Shown: positions 19,349 through 29,136, numbered from the stretch's first letter. The stretch is DNA of 64,000 bases from an uncultured Candidatus Saccharibacteria bacterium (GCA_964638875.1 CAZXBL010000001.1:489-64488); one strand, 5' to 3'. Numbers and translations are program-made. Notes: generated by a model from the letters alone, not told the origin.

Positions 19349-21084
19349 GAAAAATGTGATTCCAGGTAAGCCATGTGCCTTTCCTTGAACAACTCAAATT
19401 GTTCCTTATCGACGCCAGTACGCTTGAGGAACGCGCTAACTTTCTCACTACCAATGTAGTGCGGAATCATGACGTAGGTCGCGCCCAGTTCATACAGCTG
19501 AATTGCTTCTTCCTGATTGACAGCGTGGCAAATAACCACTGCCTTGTCATTTAATTTGGCAATCGATGCGATCAATTGCTCGGTAATAGTGAAGTCAGTA
19601 AAGGTGCTGACGATTAACTTGGCATGTTCCACACCAATTTCATCAAGGAGCTCTGGGTCAGTGGCGTCGCCGTACATAAATGGTACATCTTGGCGCTCTA
19701 GCGTTTCAATAACACTAGGATCGTAATCAACCACAATGAAACGTTGCTTCATGTTCTGGAAGGTTGTAATAAATTGGTGACCACCCTTGTGGTAACCGAA
19801 CAGGATGAATGGGTAGCTCTTGCGACGGACGTGCTCTTTATAAACGGTTTGACGTTCGAATAATGTAAGTTTCATTTTATCGAACAATAGGAACAGCTTT
19901 TCATCGTAGTGCATAAGATAGGTCGAAATTGCGATCGTAATCATCGCAACTAGCGTAACAATGGCACTTACTTCCGGACGGACCATGCCGGCAGACACGG
20001 CTAACACCGCCATAATGATAGAGAATTCACTAATCTGGGATAAGTTAATCCCCGCCTTGAAACTAACCCGTTTTGTGTAGCCAAGCAGTCCAAGAGATAA
20101 GGTGATAATCGTTGGTTTTACCACCATTACTACGGCAGACAAAATCAGTGCGGGCACAATAACGGATCCGAGGTTCTGCAGGTCCAAGCTTTCACCCAGG
20201 GTGATAAAGAATACAACTACAAAGAAATCTCGGAGGGGTTTTAGGCGGGCAGTAATTTCCTGTGCGTAGGCAACTGAGCCCAGCGCAACACCTGCAAACA
20301 GGGCACCGACTTCCAGTGAAAAGCCTGCAAGTTCGAACAAGGTACCTACACCGAATCCCCAAGATAGTGCGAATAGGAATAGTAGTTCCTGTGATGAAGC
20401 CATAAATCGGGTAATCTTGCCAAGAAGTTTCAGGTTTGCAAAAATCAAAAATGCCATCAGTGCGAGGCCCTTCAGGACCAATAGGAGCAACTGGTCTACC
20501 TCCAAACCACCGTTTTTGCCAGCTGCAATTGCCAGTAAGGCGAGGGTAGCAATCAAGTCATCAAACAAGATAATACCGATCGCCAGCTGACCATGTAGAC
20601 GGTTCTGCTCCTTACGGTCACTCAGGATTTTAACGATAATAATGGTACTACTAAAGAACAGCGCAAACCCAATGACCAGGGCTTCAGCGCGTAAGTAACC
20701 CAATAGGGATGCGACGGTAAACCCAACAGAAACCATGGTAATCAGAGCAACAACTGCGGCAATAAGGACTGATTTCCCCTGTTTACGCAGTTCGGACACA
20801 TTCATGCCCAGACCAATAATGAACAGCAACAAAGCAATGCCCATATGAGAGAAGGTTTCGAACATCTCCTGGTTACCTTGGCTGATAATGCCAAGCAGTG
20901 ACGGGCCAACGATCAGCCCAGCCAGAATATAGCCGAGTATCAGAGGCTGTTTAATCAGCTTCATGATCAGTGCCATGACAGCAGCGATACCAATGGCAAC
21001 ACTTAATTCGGCAAATACACTACCACCGAGTAGTTCGGCTGCGCTGGAAGATTCTACAAATGATGCGAGTATGTTTGTGATCAT
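19327..21084 (-). CDS. CPA2 cation:proton antiporter with C-terminal TrkA-N/KTN domain (Kef-like)
   Basis: Many TMs, FSSTIIIVK, LSQISEFS, YGDATDPELL. Confidence 0.9.
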   Translation of the reverse strand: MITNILASFVESSSAAELLGGSVFAELSVAIGIAAVMALIMKLIKQPLILGYILAGLIVGPSLLGIISQGNQEMFETFSHMGIALLLFIIGLGMNVSELRKQGKSVLIAAVVALITMVSVGFTVASLLGYLRAEALVIGFALFFSSTIIIVKILSDRKEQNRLHGQLAIGIILFDDLIATLALLAIAAGKNGGLEVDQLLLLVLKGLALMAFLIFANLKLLGKITRFMASSQELLFLFALSWGFGVGTLFELAGFSLEVGALFAGVALGSVAYAQEITARLKPLRDFFVVVFFITLGESLDLQNLGSVIVPALILSAVVMVVKPTIITLSLGLLGYTKRVSFKAGINLSQISEFSIIMAVLAVSAGMVRPEVSAIVTLVAMITIAISTYLMHYDEKLFLLFDKMKLTLFERQTVYKEHVRRKSYPFILFGYHKGGHQFITTFQNMKQRFIVVDYDPSVIETLERQDVPFMYGDATDPELLDEIGVEHAKLIVSTFTDFTITEQLIASIAKLNDKAVVICHAVNQEEAIQLYELGATYVMIPHYIGSEKVSAFLKRTGVDKEQFELFKERHMAYLESHFSQSAPDM

Positions 21085-21134
21085 CGGACTTCGTCCTCTG
21101 GCAGCACTCTATTAATAAGTTTAGGATCAATCAT
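21081..21134 (-). CDS. Putative 17-aa leader peptide MIDPKLINRVLPEDEVR coupled to the antiporter start
   Basis: ORF stop TGA overlaps the antiporter ATG (ATGA); TATAAT about 30 nt upstream. Confidence 0.4.
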   Translation of the reverse strand: MIDPKLINRVLPEDEVR

Positions 21135-21344
21135 GTTCGTTTTTGGTTGTTGTTCAGATATATTATATGCTAAAGCGTAAGCATTTGGTATCCTTCAGCT
21201 TTTCTAGTACCAAATCTCGCAGTTTTCTTGCGCTTTTTCTAGCTTCGAGGTAAATGTTTACCCCTCAGCCAGAGAAAAGCACTATAAATTCCACGATATT
21301 CGGTCTAGAATAAGCATAAGTACACCAAAGGCTTACTAGCAATT

Positions 21345-21905
21345 ATGCAAAACCCACTTGAACCGCTAAAACCACTCAATCCTCTGAACTTGCTGACACC
21401 GCACCAAGAGGCAGTCCAAGGCCGCCGTAAAGCCATCAAGAGCTTCAAAGCAAAAGCAGATGCCAAACGCACTCCAAGTGAGAAATTTGCCGACTTACTG
21501 ACTATCAAATTCGGCACGGTAATGTTCCTTGTTCTGAACGTTATTTGGTTTGTTGCCTGGATCCTGATTAATACCAACATGATTCCGGCTATTGAACCGT
21601 TTGACCCGTTCCCATTCGGGCTGTTAACCATGATAGTGTCGCTTGAGGCAATCATGTTGGCAATAATTGTACTGATTTCCCAAAATCGGGAAGCGCACGT
21701 CAGCGAGCTACGTGAAGAGATAGAATTGCAGCTAAACACTGTAGTAGAAGGCGAAGTCACCAAATTGATTAGCCTCATGGCCATACTTCTTGAGAAACAA
21801 GGTGTAAAAATTGACGACCCAGAACTGAAAAAAATGCTCAAACCAATCGATAGTGCGGAAATGATTCGCCAGCTAGAAGTCGAGCTCGATCCAAAGTCCC
21901 ATTAG
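21345..21905 (+). CDS. DUF1003 family membrane protein
   Basis: FDPFPFGLL..IVSLEAI.LAIIVLISQNR. Confidence 0.88.
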   Translation: MQNPLEPLKPLNPLNLLTPHQEAVQGRRKAIKSFKAKADAKRTPSEKFADLLTIKFGTVMFLVLNVIWFVAWILINTNMIPAIEPFDPFPFGLLTMIVSLEAIMLAIIVLISQNREAHVSELREEIELQLNTVVEGEVTKLISLMAILLEKQGVKIDDPELKKMLKPIDSAEMIRQLEVELDPKSH

Positions 21906-21951
21906 GAGTAGATCTATTGTAAATTAAGCTAAAGCATGTTATAATAGGTGT

Positions 21952-22408
21952 ATGACCACACACTCAGGTTTCGTACCGCGTAAAACATTTGAAATCATAC
22001 TTGAGAATGCTGTTATACCAACATTTGATCTAATTATTGATGTTCCAGAAAAAGGTGTACTAATTGCCCGTCGAAAGATCGAGCCTTATGCTGGCAAGTG
22101 GGCGTTACCTGGCCTCCGTATGTACAAAGGGGAGACCATCAACGATACTCTGGGCAGAATTGCCGAAGATGAAGCAGGAATCTCCGTCAACCTGGAGCAA
22201 GCTCGTCTGGTGGGCCAGTTTGTCGGCAAATTTACTACTGAGCACAACCGCCAAGACCTCTCAACCTGCTATGCGTACTGAAGCTTTACAACTTAACGCT
22301 GATCACTTCACGGGCCATCGTTTCATTCAGTCCGTTGACGAAATTCCTGTCGCAACTGGTGGGATGTATAGGCATTATTTAAATGATTACTTTAACTGGG
22401 CCAAGTAA
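21952..22408 (+). pseudogene. Frameshifted NUDIX hydrolase (GDP-mannose mannosyl hydrolase-like)
   Basis: N-part PYAGKWALPG..GETI...RIAEDEAG stops at 22281; a NUDIX-like C-terminus (LQLNADHF..HRFI..DEIP) continues in the +1 frame to 22408. Confidence 0.7.
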
Positions 22409-22419
22409 ACAGTTTTTGT

Positions 22420-22449
22420 TTGACAAAACGGTTGTGTTAATGAGACAAT
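22420..22449 (+). promoter_or_regulatory. Sigma70-type promoter
   Basis: TTGACA, 18-nt spacer ending TGn, then GACAAT. Confidence 0.55.
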
Positions 22450-22561
22450 GCGCTCACTTCAAAGAGTAACTCGGTTACTTAGCGAACACAAAAACAACAA
22501 AAAACAAAATATGCTGTGTACTTTCGTGGAGTTAGTGTGCAGTGTTGGGGGTTTTAGGGTA

Positions 22562-22654
22562 ATGCCAGTAAAAATAAAAGTAATGAATTCCAGGGGAACA
22601 CGCGTGGAAGTTAAAGTACGACGTCCCAGTTGGCAGCAGTTTTTACACTACTAG
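22562..22654 (+). CDS. Putative small basic protein MPVKIKVMNSRGTRVEVKVRRPSWQQFLHY (alternative start 22511)
   Basis: Lies between a promoter and a terminator in an otherwise empty ~490-bp gap. Confidence 0.4.
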   Translation: MPVKIKVMNSRGTRVEVKVRRPSWQQFLHY

Positions 22655-22823
22655 CTGAACAACATGTCACATTAGCCTGCTCACGAGCGGAGCTCGCGAC
22701 CCGCTAATGCTCTTGGCGCAACAACCGATTTTCTTTTCCGGTTCTCGCGCACCGTACTATATGTACGGCTTGCTGCGATCCTCAAAGAGAAATCGCTTCT
22801 TGCGCACAAGCATGTCGCTCAGC
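22654..22823. repeat. Multi-branched palindromic element or structured RNA
   Basis: Outer stem GCTGAACAACATG/CATGTCGCTCAGC encloses hairpin CATTAGC..CGAGC-GGA-GCTCG..GCTAATG and a ~90-nt hairpin centred on CCGTAC-TATAT-GTACGG. Confidence 0.65.
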
Positions 22824-22850
22824 ACTGTCCATCTCGGGAAAAAATCTAAA

Positions 22851-22886
22851 TAAAAAGACCAGCATCTGCGAGAGCTGGTCTTTTTA
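22851..22886. terminator. Bidirectional intrinsic terminator
   Basis: TAAAAAGACCAGC...GCTGGTCTTTTTA. Confidence 0.85.
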
Positions 22887-22899
22887 CTTACCGTAGAAG

Positions 22900-23547
22900 C
22901 TACTGGCTTTTTGCTTTGATCGCGTCCTCGATAACTTTATTGAAAGCATCGAGATCCTTAGGATTTTCTATCTTTTTGCCGTCGATATAGAACGAAGGAG
23001 TGGAGGTAACGCCCAGCTCTTTGCCCTTGCTGATGTCAGCATTGATAATACTGTTAGTAGCTTGGCTCTTTTGATCAGTAGTAAATTTGGCCACGTCTAG
23101 ACCCAGGCTTTCCGCGTATGATTTGAAAGTTGTGTCAGCCTGCCCGCTGGCGAGGCTTGTCCAGGCTTGCTGGTTTTGATACAACAAATTGTACATTTCC
23201 CAGAACTTGCCCTGATTACCGGCAGCCTCAGCGGTACGATGTGCCAACATTGCGTTCGGGTGAATCTGGGTTAGCGGGAAGTTAACAAACTGGAATTGAA
23301 TGTCATCTTTATATTTTTCGACGACCTGCTCAACGATAGGATAGTAACCACCGCAGGCAGGACATTGGAAGTCACCGTATTCTGTTAGGGTTACATTCTT
23401 TTTATTCTCGCCACGTGTGTGACTAGATGTTTGACCACCAGATTTATCGCCACTGTCAGGGGCAGATGCATCTTTTTTAGAAATGAATAATATTGCGCCA
23501 AAAACTACTACGCAGGCGATCAGTATAAAGCTAAACCGTGATTTCAT
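22900..23547 (-). CDS. dsbA: DsbA family thiol-disulfide oxidoreductase
   Basis: EYGDFQCPAC, FPL..IHPNA, GVTSTPSF. Confidence 0.9.
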   Translation of the reverse strand: MKSRFSFILIACVVVFGAILFISKKDASAPDSGDKSGGQTSSHTRGENKKNVTLTEYGDFQCPACGGYYPIVEQVVEKYKDDIQFQFVNFPLTQIHPNAMLAHRTAEAAGNQGKFWEMYNLLYQNQQAWTSLASGQADTTFKSYAESLGLDVAKFTTDQKSQATNSIINADISKGKELGVTSTPSFYIDGKKIENPKDLDAFNKVIEDAIKAKSQ

Positions 23548-23629
23548 GTTACCTCTCTTGTTTGTCTGCTTATTGTATCAATACAGGAACACTCTTTCAA
23601 AACATCCGTAGCTGTTCTACACTTTGAGC

Positions 23630-24691
23630 ATGACATTTATCGGTATATTACTACTGATTGCAACCACGCTCCTGATGATCAGCTTGCAACGCAGTTATGC
23701 GCACGTTCCTGCAAAAGAGTTAAAAAAGCGGGCGAGGGCTGGGGATGTAATAGCAGCCACATTATTCAGGGCAGCAGCATATGGCTCAAGCCTTCGAGCA
23801 TTACTATGGGCGTTGATTATCGGTTTTAGCTCGTGGCTATTCGTAATTTTGGCACACAGTACCGCTCCATGGTTTGGCATGTTAATTATTGCATCCGTAT
23901 TATGGTTTGGATATGTATGGCTGCCCACCCGTGAGGCAACCCGAATAGGTGTATGGGTTGCAGCACAGTTCGCGCCGCTGTTTGCAAAGGTGCTAGAGTA
24001 TTTGCACCCAATTTTTGGGAAAGTGCACGATTTTATCGCAAAACATCGACCGGTATCAGTCCACACTGGTTTATATGATAAGGATGACCTAAAAGAGCTA
24101 TCCGCGCACCAAAAAGTACAGTCAGATAACCGTGTTGATACCCAGACCTTAGAAATCGTTGAACACGCACTATCGTTCGGTGACAAAAAAGTCTCAGATA
24201 TATTGACACCTCGCCGTGTAGTCAAAAGCGTGGCTGCAACAGATGCGATCGGTCCAATCTTGATGGATGATCTTCACAAGAGCGGTCATTCGCGGTTCCC
24301 AGTTTATGAGGGCAGGCAAGATAATATTGTTGGTGTGCTATTCCTGCGTGTAGCAGTTAGGGCAAAGACAGGCGGTGTTATTACTAAGATCATGAATAGC
24401 CAGGTCTGCTACGTGCACGAGGACCAGCCATTAACAGAGGCGCTACACGCTATTTTAAAAACACATCAGCAGCTGTTTGTAGTGGTAAATAGCTTTGAGG
24501 AATATGTTGGTATTGTGACAATCGAAGATATTATGGAAGCCGTTGTGGGTAAACAAATAGTTGACGAGTTTGACGAGTACGAAGACCTCCGCGCTGTCGC
24601 AGCCAAAATGGCAGCCAAAGAGCACAAAGATCACGTAGTGAACGATTCCCCACACGAAAATATACAATCTGTTACAGAGGTGGTAGAATAG
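23630..24691 (+). CDS. CNNM/CBS-pair membrane protein (HlyC/CorC-like)
   Basis: N-terminal TMs, SGHSRFPVY, GIVTIEDIME..G.QIVDEFD; ATG 6 nt after TACACT. Confidence 0.88.
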   Translation: MTFIGILLLIATTLLMISLQRSYAHVPAKELKKRARAGDVIAATLFRAAAYGSSLRALLWALIIGFSSWLFVILAHSTAPWFGMLIIASVLWFGYVWLPTREATRIGVWVAAQFAPLFAKVLEYLHPIFGKVHDFIAKHRPVSVHTGLYDKDDLKELSAHQKVQSDNRVDTQTLEIVEHALSFGDKKVSDILTPRRVVKSVAATDAIGPILMDDLHKSGHSRFPVYEGRQDNIVGVLFLRVAVRAKTGGVITKIMNSQVCYVHEDQPLTEALHAILKTHQQLFVVVNSFEEYVGIVTIEDIMEAVVGKQIVDEFDEYEDLRAVAAKMAAKEHKDHVVNDSPHENIQSVTEVVE

Positions 24692-24816
24692 ATTTAATGA
24701 AGTCTCAGGCGGATAGTAACAGTAATTTACGGGTCGGCAGCAACTAGCTGGCGATTTCTGTCTGCCCACGACCCCAATTTACAGCCTGAACTAACTAATA
24801 CTTAGGACCTAAAGAT

Positions 24817-26577
24817 ATGAGAACATTGGCGAAAGAATCAATCGACCAAATTGGAAAAGAAATAACTCTAAAAGGTTGGGTAGAGTCACGTCGCGACCAT
24901 GGCGGATTAATTTTTATTGATCTGCGCGACCACACTGACATAGTTCAATTAGTAATCCGACCAGATAATGCTGAGGCATTCGAGGTAGCAGAGCAGTTGC
25001 GTGACGAGTTCGTCATTAGCGCTACTGGTACCGTGTCGGAACGTGGTGAGGGGCTCAAGAACCCTAATATTCCAACAGGGGAAATTGAAGTAATACTTAA
25101 CATGTTAAGTATACTCAACAGGGCAGAACCTATGCCGATTCAGATGCGGGGTGATCAGATCAGTAGCGAAGAACAACGCCTGAAGTACCGTTTCCTTGAC
25201 CTCCGCCGTGACAAGATGCAGTCTATGCTCAAATCCCGCGCCAAGTATCACAGCTTTATGCGTAACTACATGGAGGAACATGAATTTACAGAAGTAACAA
25301 CACCAGTCTTGGCGAACAGTAGCCCGGAAGGTGCGCGTGACTTTTTGATCCCTTCTCGCCTCCACCCCGGCAAATTTTATGCGTTGCCACAGGCCCCACA
25401 GCAGTTCAAGCAACTGTTGATGGTTGGCGGAGTGCCACGCTACTATCAGCTAGCTACCTGTTTCCGTGATGAAGACCCCCGCGCAGACCGCCTGTATGGT
25501 GAATTCTATCAGTTGGATCTTGAGATGTCCTTTGTTGAAGATGGCGAAGAAGTCCGTTCCATGATGGAACCACTTATTAAACAGCTGGTAACTGATTTTG
25601 CTGACAAGAAACTCCTCAGTGATGAAGTCCCTCGTATTCCGTACCAAGAAGCCATGGACCGTTATGGTTCGGACAAACCTGACTTACGCTTTGGGATGGA
25701 ACTAATTGACCTCACTGAAGATCTAAAAGCCAGCGAATTTGGTGTGTTTAAGAATCCTATCGCATCCGGAGGGGCAGTAAAAGCTATCTGTGTCAAAGGT
25801 GCGAGCGAACTTTCTCGTTCACAGATTGATAGCTTTACTGAAATTGCTAAATCAGAAGGAGCAGGTGGCCTTGCCTACATTACTTATGAAAACGGCGAAG
25901 TTAAGTCCCCTATTGCCAAGTTCCTGAAGGACGAAGAACTCCAAGCTATCCAGTCTAAGATGGGTGCCACAGATGGTGACACCGTGTTCTTTGGTGCCGA
26001 TACGCGCGAAAAGGTGAACAAGGTTCTTGGACGTCTCCGCAGCGAGTTTGCTGATCATTTTGAGCTTAAGGATCCGAATGTTGTGGCACTAGCGTGGGTG
26101 GTAGATTTTCCATTCTACGAATGGGATGCCAGCGCCGATAAACTGGACTTCGGCCACAACCCGTTCTCCATGCCAAAAGGCGGCCTTGAGGCACTCCGAT
26201 CAGAAGACAAAGTTGGTATTTTGGCAGATCAATATGACATGGTAGCTAACGGCTACGAAATTTGTTCCGGTGGCGTCCGTAACCACAATCCGGAGGTGTT
26301 ATATGAGGCATTTGGCGTGTTAGGCTATGATCGTAACTATGTAGACTCGCGATTTGGCGGTATGATTAACGCTTTCAAATACGGCGCACCACCACACGCT
26401 GGTTGCGCCTTCGGCACAGACCGACTATTTATGGTGCTTATGAGTGAAGAAAATGTCCGTGAAGTCGTAGCCTTCCCCAAAAACGGCTCTGGTGTGGACC
26501 TCATGATGAACTCCCCCAGCCCCGTTGACCCCACTCAACTCGAAGAACTCAACGTCGAAACAACAGTCGAAGAATAA
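24817..26577 (+). CDS. aspS: Aspartate--tRNA ligase, probably non-discriminating
   Basis: RRDHGGLIFIDLRD, LPQAPQQFKQLLM, CFRDED, GAPPHAG. Confidence 0.97.
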   Translation: MRTLAKESIDQIGKEITLKGWVESRRDHGGLIFIDLRDHTDIVQLVIRPDNAEAFEVAEQLRDEFVISATGTVSERGEGLKNPNIPTGEIEVILNMLSILNRAEPMPIQMRGDQISSEEQRLKYRFLDLRRDKMQSMLKSRAKYHSFMRNYMEEHEFTEVTTPVLANSSPEGARDFLIPSRLHPGKFYALPQAPQQFKQLLMVGGVPRYYQLATCFRDEDPRADRLYGEFYQLDLEMSFVEDGEEVRSMMEPLIKQLVTDFADKKLLSDEVPRIPYQEAMDRYGSDKPDLRFGMELIDLTEDLKASEFGVFKNPIASGGAVKAICVKGASELSRSQIDSFTEIAKSEGAGGLAYITYENGEVKSPIAKFLKDEELQAIQSKMGATDGDTVFFGADTREKVNKVLGRLRSEFADHFELKDPNVVALAWVVDFPFYEWDASADKLDFGHNPFSMPKGGLEALRSEDKVGILADQYDMVANGYEICSGGVRNHNPEVLYEAFGVLGYDRNYVDSRFGGMINAFKYGAPPHAGCAFGTDRLFMVLMSEENVREVVAFPKNGSGVDLMMNSPSPVDPTQLEELNVETTVEE

Positions 26578-26578
26578 T

Positions 26579-27172
26579 ATGCAAGAAAAGATAGACAGCT
26601 TCAGGCAACACGTTACCGAGGCATCATCTAATCCTAACTTTGTACATCACATGTGGTTCATTAAGTGGCATTTAGAAATTGTGGAACGTATTGCTGAGGA
26701 GCTCCTTGTAAAATACCCTGATGCAGATAAGGATCTAGTTCGTGTGATGGTTTGGCTACACGACTACGGAAAGATATTGGACTTTGACCGCCAGTATGAA
26801 GTCACCTTATCTGAGGGCGCTAAGAAACTCCTTGAAATCGGCTTCGAAAACGAATTTGTGAAAAAGGCCGTAAGCAATATCGAAATACTTGATAAAAAGA
26901 TGGAGCTGGATATTGCTCAGACGTCTATCGAGGTTCAAATTGTATCCTCTGCCGACGGCTGTTCACACATAGTGGGTCCTTTTATGTATCTGTGGTGGTA
27001 TGAAAATGCAAATAAACCATTTGAGGAACTAATGAGTGGCAATCTGAGAAAACTGACCAAAGACTGGGATCGCAAAATCGTTTTACCTGAAGCTCGTGCC
27101 GCATTCAAAAAGTACCAGAATGTAACGGCAGTCCAAAATGGCGCCTTGCCAGAAAAATTTCTAGAAGCTTAA
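26579..27172 (+). CDS. HD domain protein
   Basis: H...WLHDYGK...SADG. Confidence 0.75.
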   Translation: MQEKIDSFRQHVTEASSNPNFVHHMWFIKWHLEIVERIAEELLVKYPDADKDLVRVMVWLHDYGKILDFDRQYEVTLSEGAKKLLEIGFENEFVKKAVSNIEILDKKMELDIAQTSIEVQIVSSADGCSHIVGPFMYLWWYENANKPFEELMSGNLRKLTKDWDRKIVLPEARAAFKKYQNVTAVQNGALPEKFLEA

Positions 27173-27200
27173 GCTTTAGAACATGTACAATAAGTAATCT

Positions 27201-28742
27201 ATGACGCAGCAGGAAGCTTTGGCTATTATGGAATCTGGGCAGTCAGTGCTTTTGACGGGCGCTGCTGGTACAGGTAAGACGTACCTTATGAATGAGTTTA
27301 TTCGGCGTGCTAAAAAACGCCGTAAAAGTATTGCGGTGACTGCAACCACAGGCCTCGCTGCCACACATCTAAATGGCGCGACTATTCACGCATGGGCGGG
27401 TATTGGTGTGCACGACGAGTTACCCAGCTTGTTCTTTCAAAAGCTTGGCAAGCAGCGACAAACTTTGATTGCGAAAGCCGACATTCTGATCATTGACGAG
27501 ATTAGTATGCTGCACGACTACCGTTTGGACATGATTGAAGAAGTCACGCGAAAAGTTCGTGGCAATGACAAGCCCTTTGGTGGTTTGCAGGTTATCCTTG
27601 TAGGTGATTTCTTCCAATTGCCTCCTGTTAATCGCCGTGACAGCCGTGAAGGTAGCTTTGTGCTGAGTTCTAACACCTGGCAAGGGTCTAATTTTACTGT
27701 CTGTTATCTGGAGCAGCAATATCGTCAAAGTGATGATGACGCGTACGCGCAGATTCTGAATGGTATCCGTGTGGGTGTACTGACGCGCAACCAGCTGGCC
27801 TCACTACAGAAACGAATTGATGTGGTACTGGATCCTTTCCAGCCACGAACCAGGCTGCTAACAACAAATGTTGATGTTGATCGCATCAATGATGCAGAAT
27901 TAGAGCGGCTCGACGGCGATGTATACGAATACGCAATGGAAACCACAGGCGGCAAACGTTTCGTTGAACAACTGAGTCGGTCATGCCTGGCTCCAGAAGT
28001 GCTATTTCTGAAAAAGGGTGCGCACGTGATGTGTATCAAAAATAGCCAGAACGGCAGATACGCCAATGGTACGCTCGGTATAGTAACCGGTTTTGATGAC
28101 GATGATTACCCGATTCTGAAACTTAATAACGGCAAAACAATTACGATGATGCCCGATACCTGGGAGTTAATTGATGGCGACAAGCGCCGCGCGACGTTAA
28201 GACAACTGCCGCTACGGTTAGCGTGGGCGATTACGGTCCACAAGAGCCAGGGAATGACACTAGACGGCGCGCACATTGATCTGCGACGTGCGTTTGTAGA
28301 AGGTATGGGCTATGTCGCATTATCCCGGGTTAAAAGTATGCAGCAATTAGCGCTAGACGGGCTGAATGGTATGGCGCTGAAAACCAGTCCATTAGCGCGA
28401 AGTATTGACTCAGAACTCCGTTCCAGAAGCCAAACAGCGCTAGACGAATTCGCCGCAGTCATAGCTAAATGGAAGCAAGACGAAGAAAAAAGAAAGAATG
28501 AACCAGAGCCAAAAGAGGACGAAAAACCAAAAACCGATTGGTCAGAAAAACTCGCCAAAATGCGCGAAGAACACCCAAACGCCTACATGCCGTGGAAAGA
28601 ATTCGATGACGAAGAACTAAAGAAACTATTCGAAAAAGGCACCACACTTAACATGTTAACTAAACAATTTGGTCGTCACCCCGGCAGCATTAAAAAGCGC
28701 CTAGAAAAACACTACGGCGAAGATGTTCAGATAAAGAAGTAG
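27201..28742 (+). CDS. PIF1 family 5'-3' helicase with small C-terminal HTH-like domain
   Basis: GAAGTGKT, IDEISM, GDFFQLPPV, AWAITVHKSQG, YVALSR. Confidence 0.93.
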   Translation: MTQQEALAIMESGQSVLLTGAAGTGKTYLMNEFIRRAKKRRKSIAVTATTGLAATHLNGATIHAWAGIGVHDELPSLFFQKLGKQRQTLIAKADILIIDEISMLHDYRLDMIEEVTRKVRGNDKPFGGLQVILVGDFFQLPPVNRRDSREGSFVLSSNTWQGSNFTVCYLEQQYRQSDDDAYAQILNGIRVGVLTRNQLASLQKRIDVVLDPFQPRTRLLTTNVDVDRINDAELERLDGDVYEYAMETTGGKRFVEQLSRSCLAPEVLFLKKGAHVMCIKNSQNGRYANGTLGIVTGFDDDDYPILKLNNGKTITMMPDTWELIDGDKRRATLRQLPLRLAWAITVHKSQGMTLDGAHIDLRRAFVEGMGYVALSRVKSMQQLALDGLNGMALKTSPLARSIDSELRSRSQTALDEFAAVIAKWKQDEEKRKNEPEPKEDEKPKTDWSEKLAKMREEHPNAYMPWKEFDDEELKKLFEKGTTLNMLTKQFGRHPGSIKKRLEKHYGEDVQIKK

Positions 28743-28755
28743 TATAATTTTAGTT

Positions 28756-29130
28756 ATGAAGAAACAGATCTCAACCAATAAGGCTCCTTCTGCACCAGCG
28801 ATGATGTCTCAGGCTATCGTGGGTGGTGATACTGTTTATGTAGCAGGACAAGTTCATGCTGATCTGGAGTGGAAACTCGTCGGCAATACTGTTGCTGAAA
28901 AAGTTGCACAAATCATGCAAAATATCTCTGTAATTCTGGAAGCTGCCGATGCATCGTTGAACGATGTTGCAAAAGTCGTCATCTATCTTACGGATATGAC
29001 ACAACTTAAAGAACTAAACGAAGTCTACCCAACGTACTTCAAAGAACCGCTTCCAGTTCGCGAAGCAATCGGCGTCCACGCTTTACCTCTCGGTGCAACC
29101 ATTGAGATAAGCGTAGTAGCCGTAAAGTAG
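28756..29130 (+). CDS. ridA: RidA/YjgF family enamine deaminase
   Basis: SQAI..G..YVAGQ, NEVY..YF..P.PVR, LPLGATIEI. Confidence 0.88.
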   Translation: MKKQISTNKAPSAPAMMSQAIVGGDTVYVAGQVHADLEWKLVGNTVAEKVAQIMQNISVILEAADASLNDVAKVVIYLTDMTQLKELNEVYPTYFKEPLPVREAIGVHALPLGATIEISVVAVK

Positions 29131-29136
29131 CCGCCA

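Noticed and set aside
21305-21841. Long antisense shadow ORFs (also 23695-24225, 44678-45199, 52015-52539)
   Set aside because: They lie opposite well-supported genes and show no recognisable motifs
22276-22300. UGA recoding (code 25) to explain the NUDIX break
   Set aside because: Reading through the TGA meets TAA within a few codons, and TGA is a normal stop in ATGA overlaps elsewhere
24705-24789. SRP 4.5S RNA or T-box
   Set aside because: Lacks the SRP CAGG..GGAA..AGCAG motif and the T-box consensus
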